A program made the translations under genes and the position numbers. A stretch of 64,000 nucleotides of DNA from an uncultured Planctomycetaceae bacterium (GTDB lineage Bacteria; Planctomycetota; Planctomycetia; Isosphaerales; Isosphaeraceae): assembly GCA_963833985.1 (NCBI GenBank), contig CAWIAD010000002.1, positions 4,032,001 through 4,096,000 on the forward strand, given 5' to 3'. Each line of letters begins with the position of its first letter. The first letter of the stretch is position 1. This document shows, piece after piece, positions 46,149 to 56,187 of the stretch. Below the pieces are notes generated by a model that saw only the letters and a program-made list of their open reading frames with translations, was not told where the DNA came from and did not search any database.

Positions 46149-47131
46149 ATGATCGTGCGGCGCATCCTGGTTATCCTCGGCGCGGCCGTCCTCACCCTGA
46201 CCATGGTCCGGGTGACGACGGCGCAGAACGGCGACCAGAAGGCATCGGGTCTGGGGTTGTGTGCGAAGTGCGCCTTGCACATGACGCCGCAATGTCAGAA
46301 TGCCCTGGTGATCGACGCCGGCGGCCGGCGCCAGGTTTACCTGTTGAAAGACAACCAGGTCAGCAAGGCGTTTCACAAGGACGTGTGCAAGACCAGCGTG
46401 CCGATCGTGGTCGTGGGCCGGGTGGTCCGGGCTTCCGGGCCGCGAGCCGACGGCGTGGTGGTCCTCGGCGAGATCGAGCCTTCGAGCCTGGCCCTGGATG
46501 ATTGCGAAATCAACCCGGTGGTCACGCTGGGCGGCGTGGGCCAGTGCGCCAAGTGCAGCCTGAAGCAGTCCACGACGTGCGTCAACGTGATGACCTGCCA
46601 CCTGGACGCAAAGGACGTGACCTTCTGGCTGGCGGACAACGAGGTATCCAAGGCGTTCCACAAGACCATTTGCAAGTCCAGAGAGGTGATCCTCGCCACC
46701 GGCAAGCAGGAAGGGAAGGACGCTGCCGGCCACGAGATATTCACCCCGATCAAGCTTGAACGGGTCGTCTCCGAGCCAGCAAGCGTTCAGCCTTCAGCGG
46801 TCGAGCACGCAACGAAGCCGGTGGAAGCTCCTGTCGCGGCCGAAACACCGCTCCAGAAGTTGCAGTACGTGATGGGAAATGTCTGGTGCGAGCCTGCTTC
46901 AAGCACCGCGGACGTGATTGTCAGATCGTCGTGCAGTTTAGCGATGAAGGGAAGTGGCTGTATTACTGGCTGACCGATACGGACGCCAAGACGAAGATTC
47001 ACGCGGAGCTTTACGACGGCCAGACGCCGAGCAAGGCAGCATTCATGAAGGTGTCCGGAATCATCGTGCAGCCTGCCACCGAGCAGGCCGGCGGTCTGCT
47101 TTCCGCCTCGAAGTTCGAAGTCATCCACTGA
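46149..47131 (+). CDS. Secreted Cys-rich protein with three CxxC...C repeats (DUF6370-like); frameshift near 46890
   Basis: GGAGG RBS and signal peptide. Repeats are CAKCALHMTPQC..VSKAFHKDVC and CAKCSLKQSTTC..VSKAFHKTIC. Restoring one G at TGCGAG^CCTGC gives a third, CEACFKHRGRDC..YYWL..KIH. Confidence 0.7.
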
Positions 47132-47192
47132 ACGATTCCGGGAGCGGTGGTTTCTGTTCTGTTCTTCCTTGTGTCCGAGGTCGAGCACGCTC

Positions 47193-48263
47193 ATGCGCAT
47201 CTTCATCAGCTACCGACGCGAGATCAGCCGCGATATCGCAGACAGGATCGATGAGCGGCTGGTCAGGAAGTACGGGCGCCAGTCCGTCTTCAAGGACGTG
47301 CATTCGATTCGCCCCGGGCAGGATTTCCGGAGCATCATCAACGGGGCCGTGTGTCGTTGCGACGTCCTGCTTGCGGTCATCGGACCGCGGTGGGTGACCG
47401 TCACGGACGACCACGGCAAGCGGCGGCTTGATTCCGAGAACGACTTCGTGCGACTGGAGATCAAGACGGCCCTGAAGGCGGGCATTCCGATCATCCCCCT
47501 GCGCGTCGACGAAGCGCCCGTGCCACGTGAGGAGGAGCTCCCCGCGACCCTCCAGTCTCTGGTCTATCGCAACGCGCTGCCCATTCGCCCCGACCCGGAT
47601 TTCGAGCGCGACATCAGCGATCTGCTGGGAACGCTCAAGAGCCTGGAGTCCGGCTCTCGAAATGTGGTGAAGCTGGTTGCGGCGTCTCTGGCGGTGCTTG
47701 CCTTGCTTGCGGCAGTGGCCCTCGCGGCCGTCTTCCACCCCTGGCAAGTCAGCGGAACGAAGGATCAATCCTCAGGGCTCCTCATCAAGACGACGGGCCG
47801 CGGTGACTCCGGGGGAGGAGCGGCTCCGGAGCTTCCCACCAGGGACCCCCAGCCACCCGTCCAGACGGCGGGGGAGAACGGTTCCACGGGTAAAACCGCG
47901 GCCATCCTGCTGGCGTCGGCAGCCGAGCTGCGGAAAGTGGAGGAGTCGATCGAGTGCAACGACCTGGGCGAGGCGCGCCACCTTTTGAAGGACCTGAAGT
48001 CGCGGTGCGCGGGCGACCCCCTGCCCACCTACTACGATGCCGTGGCTGTTCTCAAGCTCCAGGGCTGGACAGGAGAGCCGGAAAACCTGATCCAGGAAGG
48101 CCGGAAGCTGGAGCAGCAGGGCGGGGCATGCGGCGATCGGAGCAGGCTCGATCCGCTCCTCGAGAGCCTGCTGGCTTACCTCACTCCGGAAGACCAGTTG
48201 AAGCTCCAGGGCTTGCTCGGCAGGACGATCAAGTCATCCGCAACGCTCCCGGGCGCACCATGA
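47193..48263 (+). CDS. TIR-domain protein with one TM helix and a C-terminal helical (TPR-like) domain
   Basis: MRIFISYRR..VFKDVHSIRPGQDF..LLAVIGPRW..DFVRLEI (catalytic-position Glu present), TM LVAASLAVLALLAAVALAAVF. Confidence 0.88.
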   Translation: MRIFISYRREISRDIADRIDERLVRKYGRQSVFKDVHSIRPGQDFRSIINGAVCRCDVLLAVIGPRWVTVTDDHGKRRLDSENDFVRLEIKTALKAGIPIIPLRVDEAPVPREEELPATLQSLVYRNALPIRPDPDFERDISDLLGTLKSLESGSRNVVKLVAASLAVLALLAAVALAAVFHPWQVSGTKDQSSGLLIKTTGRGDSGGGAAPELPTRDPQPPVQTAGENGSTGKTAAILLASAAELRKVEESIECNDLGEARHLLKDLKSRCAGDPLPTYYDAVAVLKLQGWTGEPENLIQEGRKLEQQGGACGDRSRLDPLLESLLAYLTPEDQLKLQGLLGRTIKSSATLPGAP

Positions 48264-48286
48264 ATTGCCCTGCGTTTGCGAGACAT

Positions 48287-49816
48287 TCACCGCTCCAGGG
48301 ACTGGTCGACCTCCGGGAAGAGAGCAGCAATGCTCGGCTTGGTCACCTTGCCCATGCTGTTGCGCGGCAATTCGTCCAGGAGCAGTAGCCGGGTGGGGAT
48401 CTTGTAGGGAGCCAGCCGTTCGCCGGCCCAGGCCCGCAGCGCGGCCAGCGTGAACTGCTGGCCCTGGGAGAGCACCAGGGCCGCACCCACGCGCTGTCCC
48501 CATTCCGCGTCAGGCAGTCCCACCACGGCCGCCTCGCGCACCGCCGAGTGCCCGCGCAGCACTTCCTCGATCTCCAGGGCGGAGACCTTGTATCCTCCCG
48601 TCTTGATGATATCCACGCTGTTGCGGCCGAGGATCCGGAAGTAACCGTCCTCCACCTCGGCGATGTCCCCGGTACGGAACCAGCCGGCGCGGAACGCCGC
48701 GCTGGTGGCCTCGGGCCGGTGCCAGTATTCCCGGAAGACCGAGGGCCCCCGGACCTCGATCTCGCCGGGCGTTCCAGCCGCGACCTCCTGACCCTGCTCG
48801 TCCACGAGCCGGACGTCCACTCCGGGGAGCGGAACTCCCACCGAGCCCGCACGCCGTTCGCCGTGCAGCGGATTCGAAAGCGCCATGCCGATCTCGGTCA
48901 TGCCGTAGCGCTCCAGCAGCACCTGGCCGCTGATCGATTGCCACTCCTCGAGCAGGCTCACCGGCAGGGCCGCCGAGCCGCTCACCATGAGCCGCAGCGC
49001 GTGGCAGCCGGCCGAAAGCTCTACCTGCCGCGCGGGCTCGCAGGCATGCCAGGCGGCGATGAGCCGGCTATAAATGGTGGGCACAGCCATGAAGACCGTG
49101 AGCGCGCCGCCGGCGATGACCTCCCAGACGGCCTGGGCGTCGAACTGCGGGTGGATGGTCACGCAGGCGCCCGACCACAGAGCGCAGGTGAGCACGTTGA
49201 TGATGCCGTGAACGTGGTGCAGGGGCAGGACCAGAAGCGTGTGATCGGCAGCCTGCCACTGCCAGGCCTCGACCAGCGTGGCGACCTGGGCCTGAATGTT
49301 CCCGTGGGTGATGACCACCCCCTTGGGACGGCTCGTCGTGCCGCTGGTGTAGAGGATCAGCGCGTCTCGGTTCGGCGCGAGCACGGGCAAGGCCGGCGTG
49401 CCCGCATCGGCGTCCAGCAGCTCCGAGGTTTGCAGGAAGCGCAGGCCGCGCGGCGCGGCGATCGGCCCCAGCTTGCCGGCCAGGTCCGGAGTGGCGATCG
49501 CGACCGATGCGGCGGAGTCCTCGACCACATACGCCAGCTCCGCCGCGGGGTGCGAAACCGCCAGTGGCACGGCCACGCCGCCGGCCCGCCAGACGCCCCA
49601 CTGCACCGCCACGTGGTGGAAGCCGGGGGGAACCAGGAAGGCGACGCGCTCGCCCCGCAGATCGTCCGTTCCGGCGAGCAGCCGCGCCGCCACGCGGGCG
49701 CTTGCGGCGAGCAGGTCGGCGTAGCGATAGGTCCCCTCGGGCGCGGAGACGGCAATGCGGCTGGCCTGGGTTGCCGCACGGGCCGCGAGGGGAAAGCCAT
49801 CGGCATGGGCACTCAT
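48287..49816 (-). CDS. Acyl-CoA synthetase, malonyl-CoA synthetase (MatB/ACSF3)-like
   Basis: YTSGTTSRPKG, LPLHHVHG, ERYGMTE, FRTGD and PRNSMGKV. Confidence 0.88.
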   Translation of the reverse strand: MSAHADGFPLAARAATQASRIAVSAPEGTYRYADLLAASARVAARLLAGTDDLRGERVAFLVPPGFHHVAVQWGVWRAGGVAVPLAVSHPAAELAYVVEDSAASVAIATPDLAGKLGPIAAPRGLRFLQTSELLDADAGTPALPVLAPNRDALILYTSGTTSRPKGVVITHGNIQAQVATLVEAWQWQAADHTLLVLPLHHVHGIINVLTCALWSGACVTIHPQFDAQAVWEVIAGGALTVFMAVPTIYSRLIAAWHACEPARQVELSAGCHALRLMVSGSAALPVSLLEEWQSISGQVLLERYGMTEIGMALSNPLHGERRAGSVGVPLPGVDVRLVDEQGQEVAAGTPGEIEVRGPSVFREYWHRPEATSAAFRAGWFRTGDIAEVEDGYFRILGRNSVDIIKTGGYKVSALEIEEVLRGHSAVREAAVVGLPDAEWGQRVGAALVLSQGQQFTLAALRAWAGERLAPYKIPTRLLLLDELPRNSMGKVTKPSIAALFPEVDQSLER

Positions 49817-49849
49817 ATTCGCAGTTCGCTCGTCCGGGTCGAGGGTGAC

Positions 49850-50422
49850 TCAGCGCTCCAGCAAAACGACAACTTCTTCCTTCATGCCTCCGCCAAAATC
49901 CTTGAGGTGCGGATTGGACATCGCCTTGACCACCCAGCCCTGCCGGGCCAGGAAGTTCAGGGCCTCTTCCAGGCGGGCGACATCGAACTTGCCCTCGAAG
50001 AGCTTGTCGCGCGACCAGAGGACCTTGTATTCCTTGAACGGCGTGGAATGGTGTGCCTCGAAGGCGTGGGCGGCCTCGGCATGATCGTGGGGTGCAGGCT
50101 CAGCGCCTGCCTCGGCCTTGAACACCTCGGCCTGCGCGTACGTGGGAACCTCCCAGGCCGATGCGTCCAGGCCGTCAACGGCAATGCCGCCGTTGGCTGC
50201 CTCGGCGGAGGGCCGTGGCGCCTCGGGCACAGACGCAACAGCAGCTCCGGTCGCGGTGGCCGTCGCGGCCGCAACCGCTGCGGGCTCTGCACCCGGGGCC
50301 CTGGCCACCGCCGGCGCCACGATGAAGCTGATACCACACTTCTTGCATTTGATGCGGGCTCCCACCAGAGTCGGGGGAATCTTGCCCCGCTCACCGCATG
50401 ATGGACAGGCGACGTAAGGCAT
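49850..50422 (-). CDS. Zinc-ribbon + DUF4177-like protein
   Basis: CPSC..CKKC, an Ala/Pro linker and EYKVL..LEEALNFLARQGWVV. Confidence 0.75.
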   Translation of the reverse strand: MPYVACPSCGERGKIPPTLVGARIKCKKCGISFIVAPAVARAPGAEPAAVAAATATATGAAVASVPEAPRPSAEAANGGIAVDGLDASAWEVPTYAQAEVFKAEAGAEPAPHDHAEAAHAFEAHHSTPFKEYKVLWSRDKLFEGKFDVARLEEALNFLARQGWVVKAMSNPHLKDFGGGMKEEVVVLLER

Positions 50423-50814
50423 CGTCTCGGTCTCCCGGGGCCGGATCCGGCTGCGCGTGCCTGGTTCAGTGCATCGAAACATCAAGCTGTGCGTGGTCGC
50501 GCCCACTCGATGCAGGTGCAGCGCGCACGCGGCGGGCCCTGCGCCGCGCCCACGGTAACGCGCGGAAGCTCGCGTTTCCAAAGCTTTTCGGGACGAGGCC
50601 CTGGCGCTTCATGAACACGCGGCGAGAGCGCAAGTGTTGAGAAAAGTTAACGTGCGCAACACAGTCGAGCGAAAAACCTCGGGATTGCTTGACGCGACCC
50701 CATTACTTGATAGCCTTTACCAGATGAACGTACAAGCTGACCTTGACGCGACCCGGGCCTCGATCGGGTCAGCATGATCTCTTCCCGAAACCCAGCAGGA
50801 GTGGTTGAGGCCGC

Positions 50815-51054
50815 ATGGATTCCAACAAAGTTCTGGATCAGCTGGACACGCTGATCGACGATCTTCTCAATGACAGCGATCTGCCGGCGTCGTCGCTGGC
50901 GTCCATGCTGATGGCGGCGCACGACAGCGTCAAGGACGGCTATCACTTTGCGCTGGCGCGGCGCGTGTGCGATGCCAGCAATGCCATGCGGGACCGCTAC
51001 GCCGCGGATTACTGCGAGTTCAGTGCGGCGGCTGAGACCCTGGACGGCGACTGA
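50815..51054 (+). CDS. Small acidic hypothetical protein
   Basis: 79-aa ORF with a GAGG RBS and GC3-biased codons. Confidence 0.6.
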   Translation: MDSNKVLDQLDTLIDDLLNDSDLPASSLASMLMAAHDSVKDGYHFALARRVCDASNAMRDRYAADYCEFSAAAETLDGD

Positions 51055-51223
51055 CCCCGTGTTCGGGCCGGTGGTTCGCGCGAGCGCCGGCGGGTGCGGG
51101 TCCCGGTCCGCCATGCGCTGCAATGGACGCCGGTTTCCCTTATGATGTGGCTGTGGAATGCCGGCGGGGCGGGCCTGGTCTTGACCGAGAGTCCAGGCGC
51201 CGCGCCAGATGCAGCGCAGCGGG

Positions 51224-52503
51224 ATGACATCAACCCTGTTCTCCTTGAGCATTCTGGCGGGCCTGGCAATCCTGGCCCTGGCCTCGCTTTCCGGGGTAGC
51301 CCTCGCCTCGGCGCATCGAGGCAAGCTCAGAGAACGAGCCGCGCGGGGGGATCCCGGCGCGGTGGCCGCGCTCCGCATCAGGGAGCATCCGGGGCCGTTT
51401 CTGGCGGCGACTCGGCTGGCCGCCGGGCTGGCGGTATGCACGGCCTCGGTCTGCGCGGCGCCTGGGCATGGGACGGCCTGGCACGCGCGGGCGCGGCATC
51501 GGGAGTCGTTCCCTGCGCGGTCCTGGCCGCTGTCGTCGCCGGCATGACGGCGGCCGTCTTGCTGCTGGGTGAACTGCTTCCTGGCAAGATCGCGGCGCAA
51601 TGGCCGGAGCGGGTCGCCTGCCGGGTCGCCCGGCCGCTTGCCCTGGCGGCCAGGGTGGCCAGACCGTTCTGGCGCAGGTTGCCCTCTATGCTTGGCTCGC
51701 GAGCGTCTCCAGCGTCCCGGAATGCCGAGGCTCGGCCGCGGTTAAGCGTGGAGGAATTCGAGGTCCTGCTCAGGGACTCGGTCCAGGCCGGTGCGTTCGA
51801 CGCAGCGGAATCCGAGATCTTCCGGCGGGTGCTCCGGTTCTGCGACCGCCGGGGCAGGGTGCTCATGACCCCTCGCGACAAGGTGGTCTGGATTGATGTC
51901 TCGGATGGCCCCGAGGAGATCCGCCGCAAGGTCATCACCGCACCCTACTCGAGGTTTCCCGTCTGCGATCAGAGTCTGGATAACTTGCTCGGGATCGTGC
52001 GGGTCAAGGACCTGCTCGCCCAGAAATCGGGGGCGCCGACGTTTCAGCTCAAGGGGCTGCTGACCCTCCCCGCCTTCATCTACGAGGGCGCGCGGGGACC
52101 GCAGATCCTCGAGAGCCTCAGAAGCTCGGCCGCGGAAACGGCCGTGGTGCTCGACGAGTACGGCTCGGTCGTGGGGCTGCTCACGCTCAGCGACATCCTC
52201 GCAGCGGTGCTCGGGGAATTGCCCGACCGGAACGGCGAGGACGACAGTCCGGCGAGTGTCCGGTGCGGCGACGGCTCGTGGCTGCTCGACGGCCGTCTCC
52301 CCCTCGACGAGTTCCGCGAACTGTTCGAGCTTGCCGGGCTCCCCGGCGGCGACATCCACACCGTCGCGGGACTGATCATCAGCCACCTGGGACACATTCC
52401 CCGCGTCTCCGAAAGCTTCGAGTTGCTGGGGCTTCGTTTCGAGGTCGTCAAGATGGACTCCCAGCGCGTGGAGCGCGTGCGCGTCAGCTCGTTGGTTCCG
52501 TGA
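51224..52503 (+). CDS. CNNM/CBS/CorC (hemolysin TlyC-like) membrane protein; frameshift near 51460
   Basis: The N-terminal TM frame (ALASAHRGKLRERAARGD) shifts into GELLPGKIA, LMTPR, YSRFPV, VLDEYG and TVAGLI. Confidence 0.85.
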
Positions 52504-52548
52504 TCGCAGAGCCATGCACCTTGACCGTCCCATTTAAGGAAATACAAC

Positions 52549-53511
52549 ATGTTTACAGTTGAGCTGGTCATTCTGGCCGCGATGGCGCTGGCGGAACCGT
52601 GCGCCGCCCTGGATCCGCCGGCCGACACGGCGGGCGGCTGGGTGAAATACGCCGGCAACCCCGTGCTGGGCGGCCAGTACGGGACCTGCTTCGACGTGGC
52701 CGTTCTTCGCGAGGCGGGAAAGTACCGGATGTGGGTGTCCTGGCGGCCCCGGCGCAGCGTGGCCCTGGTGGAGAGCACGGACGGGCTGAAATGGACGCCG
52801 CCCGAGATCGTCCTGGCGCCGGACCAGGTTCCCTGGGCCGACGATATCAACCGCCCCACGGTGCTCAGGCGATCCGACGGCTACCACATGTGGTTCACCG
52901 GACAAAAGGACAGCAAGTCCTCGGCTATCGGCTACGCCCGCAGCGCGGATGGCAAGACCTGGAACCTGGCATCCGCCAGGCCTGTTCTCCTGGTCGACCA
53001 CCCCTGGGAGAAGGTTGCCGTGATGTGCCCGCACGTCCTCAGGGACGAGCAGGGGCAGCGTTACCGTATGTGGTATTCCGGCGGTGATCAGGGCGAACCC
53101 GATGCGATCGGCCATGCCACCAGCCGGGATGGACTTACCTGGACCAAGGATGCCCAGAACCCGATCTTCACGCCGGATCGCGCGTTCGACTGGGAGAAGA
53201 ACCGCGTGACCGGCTGCCAGGTCGAGAAGCGCGGGGATTGGTACCTGATGTTCTACATCGGCTTCCGCGACGTCGAGCACGCGCAGATTGGACTGGCCCG
53301 CTCGCGCGATGGCATCACCGCCTGGCAGCGACATCCGGCCAACCCGATCATCCGCTCCGGCACGGGCCAGTGGGACGACGACGCCTGTTACAAGCCCTAC
53401 GCCCTCTTCGACGGCCGGCAATGGCTGCTCTGGTACAACGGCAGGCGGCAGAGCCTGGAACAGATCGGCGTGGCCAGCCACCAGGGCGAAGATCTGGGGT
53501 TTCCCCGTTGA
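52549..53511 (+). CDS. Secreted five-bladed beta-propeller glycosidase-like protein (GH43/32/130 structural group)
   Basis: Repeated blades YRMW, YHMWF, YRMWY, YLMFY and WLLWY with IGxAxSxDGxxW and NP motifs; AAGGA RBS. Confidence 0.75.
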   Translation: MFTVELVILAAMALAEPCAALDPPADTAGGWVKYAGNPVLGGQYGTCFDVAVLREAGKYRMWVSWRPRRSVALVESTDGLKWTPPEIVLAPDQVPWADDINRPTVLRRSDGYHMWFTGQKDSKSSAIGYARSADGKTWNLASARPVLLVDHPWEKVAVMCPHVLRDEQGQRYRMWYSGGDQGEPDAIGHATSRDGLTWTKDAQNPIFTPDRAFDWEKNRVTGCQVEKRGDWYLMFYIGFRDVEHAQIGLARSRDGITAWQRHPANPIIRSGTGQWDDDACYKPYALFDGRQWLLWYNGRRQSLEQIGVASHQGEDLGFPR

Positions 53512-53667
53512 ACTGCTGAACAGGTCCATGGCAACCGGCCAGGGAACCGGCTGCCGATCGTTGTGGCGCTCGGGATGATCGGTTCTGCTCAGGCATGGCA
53601 TGGAGAGGGGCCGATCGGTCCTGTCATCGGAAGGACGCATCGCGGTTCGTGAACAAGGGAGAATGCG

Positions 53668-54753
53668 ATGAGCTTCGGCTCTTTCAGAGGTTGCGTTGTT
53701 GCCACTGTCTGCCTGCTGCTCACCGCGGGGTCTGTCACGGAAGGTCTCCGCGGCCAGGAAAGTGATCCGGCGGCGCGCAAGTCGGGCCGCGGCCGATCAG
53801 CGGCAAAGCGAGCGCGGCCGGCGGCGTCCAGGGGAGCCCCGGATGGGCCGCCAGGAGTCCGCACGCTGCCAGGGCATACCGGCTTCGTGCGCGCCGTGCG
53901 GTTCTCTCCCGACGGCCGTCGCGTCCTCTCCGGCAGCGAAGACGGCACAGCGCGGCTCTGGGATTTCGCGAGCGGGCGCAGCCTCGGCGAGATCCAGAGC
54001 CCGGGCGGCAGCGTGCAGGCCGTGGCCTTTTTGCTGGAAGGCCGTGATGCGATTCTGGGGGATCGGAGCGGGAAACTGACTGTCTGGGACCTCAGCGCCG
54101 GAAACCAGGCGGGCGAGCTCAAGGGGCACGAGGGCGGGGTCAAGACCATCACCGTCTCGCCGGATAGCTCCTTTGCCATTGCCGCGGGCGACGGCCGCGC
54201 CATACGCGTCTGGGACATCGGCTCCGGCCGCACCATCGCCCGCCTCGAAGGACACGGCGACTGGGTCGGCGACGTCGCGCTGGCGCGTGACGGCCGCCAC
54301 CTCGTCTCGGCCAGTGGCGACAAGATGGTCAAGTTGTGGGACCTGTCGACTGGCCGTGCCATCAGTACGTTCCGCGGCTTCTCGCGCGAAGCAGATGCCG
54401 TCGCGATCACCCCCGACGGCCGCTTCGTGATCGGTGGCGGTTTTGAGGAGTCCGCCCGGGTCTGGGACGCCCGCACGGGGAAACAGACGAAGTCGCTGGA
54501 TGGCCAATCGGGCGGCAACTACTGCCTGTCTCTCTCGCGCGACGGGCGCTTCGTCGCAATCGGCTACGAGAAGAAAGGCGTCGGCATCTGGGACCTGGGG
54601 ACCGGCAAGTTGGTCCATCGCGAGAACCTGGAAGCCAGCGACACCGGAACCGAGGGAATCCTGTCCATCGATTTCTCGCCTGATGGCCGCAAGCTCGCCG
54701 CGGGCGGCCGGGCCAACCTCGTCTACCTGGTGACGCTGCCGAAGCTGCCGTGA
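53668..54753 (+). CDS. Secreted WD40-repeat protein
   Basis: About seven GH..WD repeats after a signal-like N-terminus. Confidence 0.9.
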   Translation: MSFGSFRGCVVATVCLLLTAGSVTEGLRGQESDPAARKSGRGRSAAKRARPAASRGAPDGPPGVRTLPGHTGFVRAVRFSPDGRRVLSGSEDGTARLWDFASGRSLGEIQSPGGSVQAVAFLLEGRDAILGDRSGKLTVWDLSAGNQAGELKGHEGGVKTITVSPDSSFAIAAGDGRAIRVWDIGSGRTIARLEGHGDWVGDVALARDGRHLVSASGDKMVKLWDLSTGRAISTFRGFSREADAVAITPDGRFVIGGGFEESARVWDARTGKQTKSLDGQSGGNYCLSLSRDGRFVAIGYEKKGVGIWDLGTGKLVHRENLEASDTGTEGILSIDFSPDGRKLAAGGRANLVYLVTLPKLP

Positions 54754-54921
54754 GCCAGGCCCCACCCTGGCGATCTGCCGGTACGCTCTTTCCTCCAGAG
54801 CCGACACCGATCATGATTTGCAGGGAAGTGTGGCGATGGCTGGAAAAGCGCGCAGGCTGCCGCTCAGGGCGTTGAAACCTGGGCTTCGACATCGCCGCGT
54901 TCCGGCAGGAGACGCTGACTG

Positions 54922-55857
54922 ATGAGACACCATGCTTTGTGCCTGACCGCGGCATCCGCGGTTGTACTCGGGGCCGCCTGGATTGCCGTTCTTCCCGTGC
55001 GGGCCGATGGGCCAGACTTCACCCGCAAGGAGGACGTGGTTTACGGCCGGAAATTCGGCACAGCCCTGACGATGGACGTCTTCACGCCCAGGGATCACAA
55101 GAATGGCGCCGCCATCGTCTGGGTGATCAGCGGTGGCTGGTTCTCCGCGCACGAAGCCATCAATCCGGGTCCCATCGCGGAATTCCTGAAGCGCGGGTAC
55201 ACGATCTTTGCCGTGGTACACGGCAGCCAGCCGCGTTACACCATCCCCGAGATCGTTGCGGATATGAACCGGGCGGTGCGCTTCATTCGCTATCACGCGT
55301 CCGACTACGGCATCGATCCCGATCGGATCGGCATCACCGGCGGTTCGGCCGGCGGGCACCTCTCGCTCATGCAGGGAACCGCCGGCGACAAGGGTAACGC
55401 CTCCGCCAGGGACCCGATCGACCAGACCTCCAGCCGCGTCCAGGCCGTGGCCTGCTTCTTCCCGCCGACCGATTTCCTGAACTACGGCAAGCCCGGCGAG
55501 AATGCCGTCGGCCGGGGCATCCTCAAGGGCTTCAAACCGCCGTTTGACTTCCACAAGCAAGACCCCGATACCAGTTTGTTCCGGCCCATCACGGACGAGG
55601 CCCGAATCCTCGAAATCGCCCGCCAGATCAGTCCCGTCTACCAGGTCTCGGCCGACGACCCGCCCACCCTCATCATCCACGGCGACGCCGACCAGCTCGT
55701 GCCCATCCAGCAGGCCGAACTCTTCTTGGACAAGCTCAAGCAAGCCGGCGGCCAGGGGAAGCTCGTTGTCAAGAAAGGTGCATCGCACGGCTGGCCCGAC
55801 ATTCAGAAGGACATGCCCATCCTCGCCGACTGGTTCGATGAGCATTTACGGAAGTAG
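54922..55857 (+). CDS. Secreted alpha/beta-hydrolase (BD-FAE-like esterase)
   Basis: SGGW oxyanion motif, GGSAGGHL, IHGDADQLVP and GASHG. Confidence 0.88.
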   Translation: MRHHALCLTAASAVVLGAAWIAVLPVRADGPDFTRKEDVVYGRKFGTALTMDVFTPRDHKNGAAIVWVISGGWFSAHEAINPGPIAEFLKRGYTIFAVVHGSQPRYTIPEIVADMNRAVRFIRYHASDYGIDPDRIGITGGSAGGHLSLMQGTAGDKGNASARDPIDQTSSRVQAVACFFPPTDFLNYGKPGENAVGRGILKGFKPPFDFHKQDPDTSLFRPITDEARILEIARQISPVYQVSADDPPTLIIHGDADQLVPIQQAELFLDKLKQAGGQGKLVVKKGASHGWPDIQKDMPILADWFDEHLRK

Positions 55858-55859
55858 TA

Positions 55860-56135
55860 GGCAGCAGGCAGTGGGCAGTGGGCAGTGAGTTTGTAGGGTG
55901 GGTCGAGCCGCAGGCGAGGCCCACCATGGCGGCAGCAGGCAGTGGGCAGTGAAGAGGAAGGGGAGTTTGTAGTGCGGCAGCGGGCAGCGGGCAGTTTGTA
56001 GGGTGGGTCGAGCCGCAGGCGAGGCCCACCATGGCGGCAGCAGGCAGTGGGCAGTGAAGAGGAAGGGGAGTTTGTAGTGCGGCAGCGGGCAGCGGGCAGT
56101 TTGTAGGGTGGGTCGAGCCGCAGGCGAGGCCCACC
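55860..56135 (+). repeat. GTAG-type REP array (BIME-like): three identical 33-bp palindromic units at a 105-bp period, with heptamer-rich linkers
   Basis: GTAGGGTGGGTCGAGCCGCAGGCGAGGCCCACC at 55893-55925, 55998-56030 and 56103-56135. The two 72-bp linkers are identical and contain GGCAGTG/GGCAGCG/GGCAGCA heptamers. The array lies between convergent genes. Confidence 0.9.
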
Positions 56136-56187
56136 AGGGTCGCAGTGGGCGGGTGCGGGGGACGCGATTTGCGGGCTGGACTGTCCT

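Noticed and set aside
55893..56135. CRISPR array (33-bp palindromic repeat, three copies)
   Set aside because: The two 72-bp spacers are identical and low-complexity, no cas genes are present, and the GTAG + hairpin structure fits a REP.
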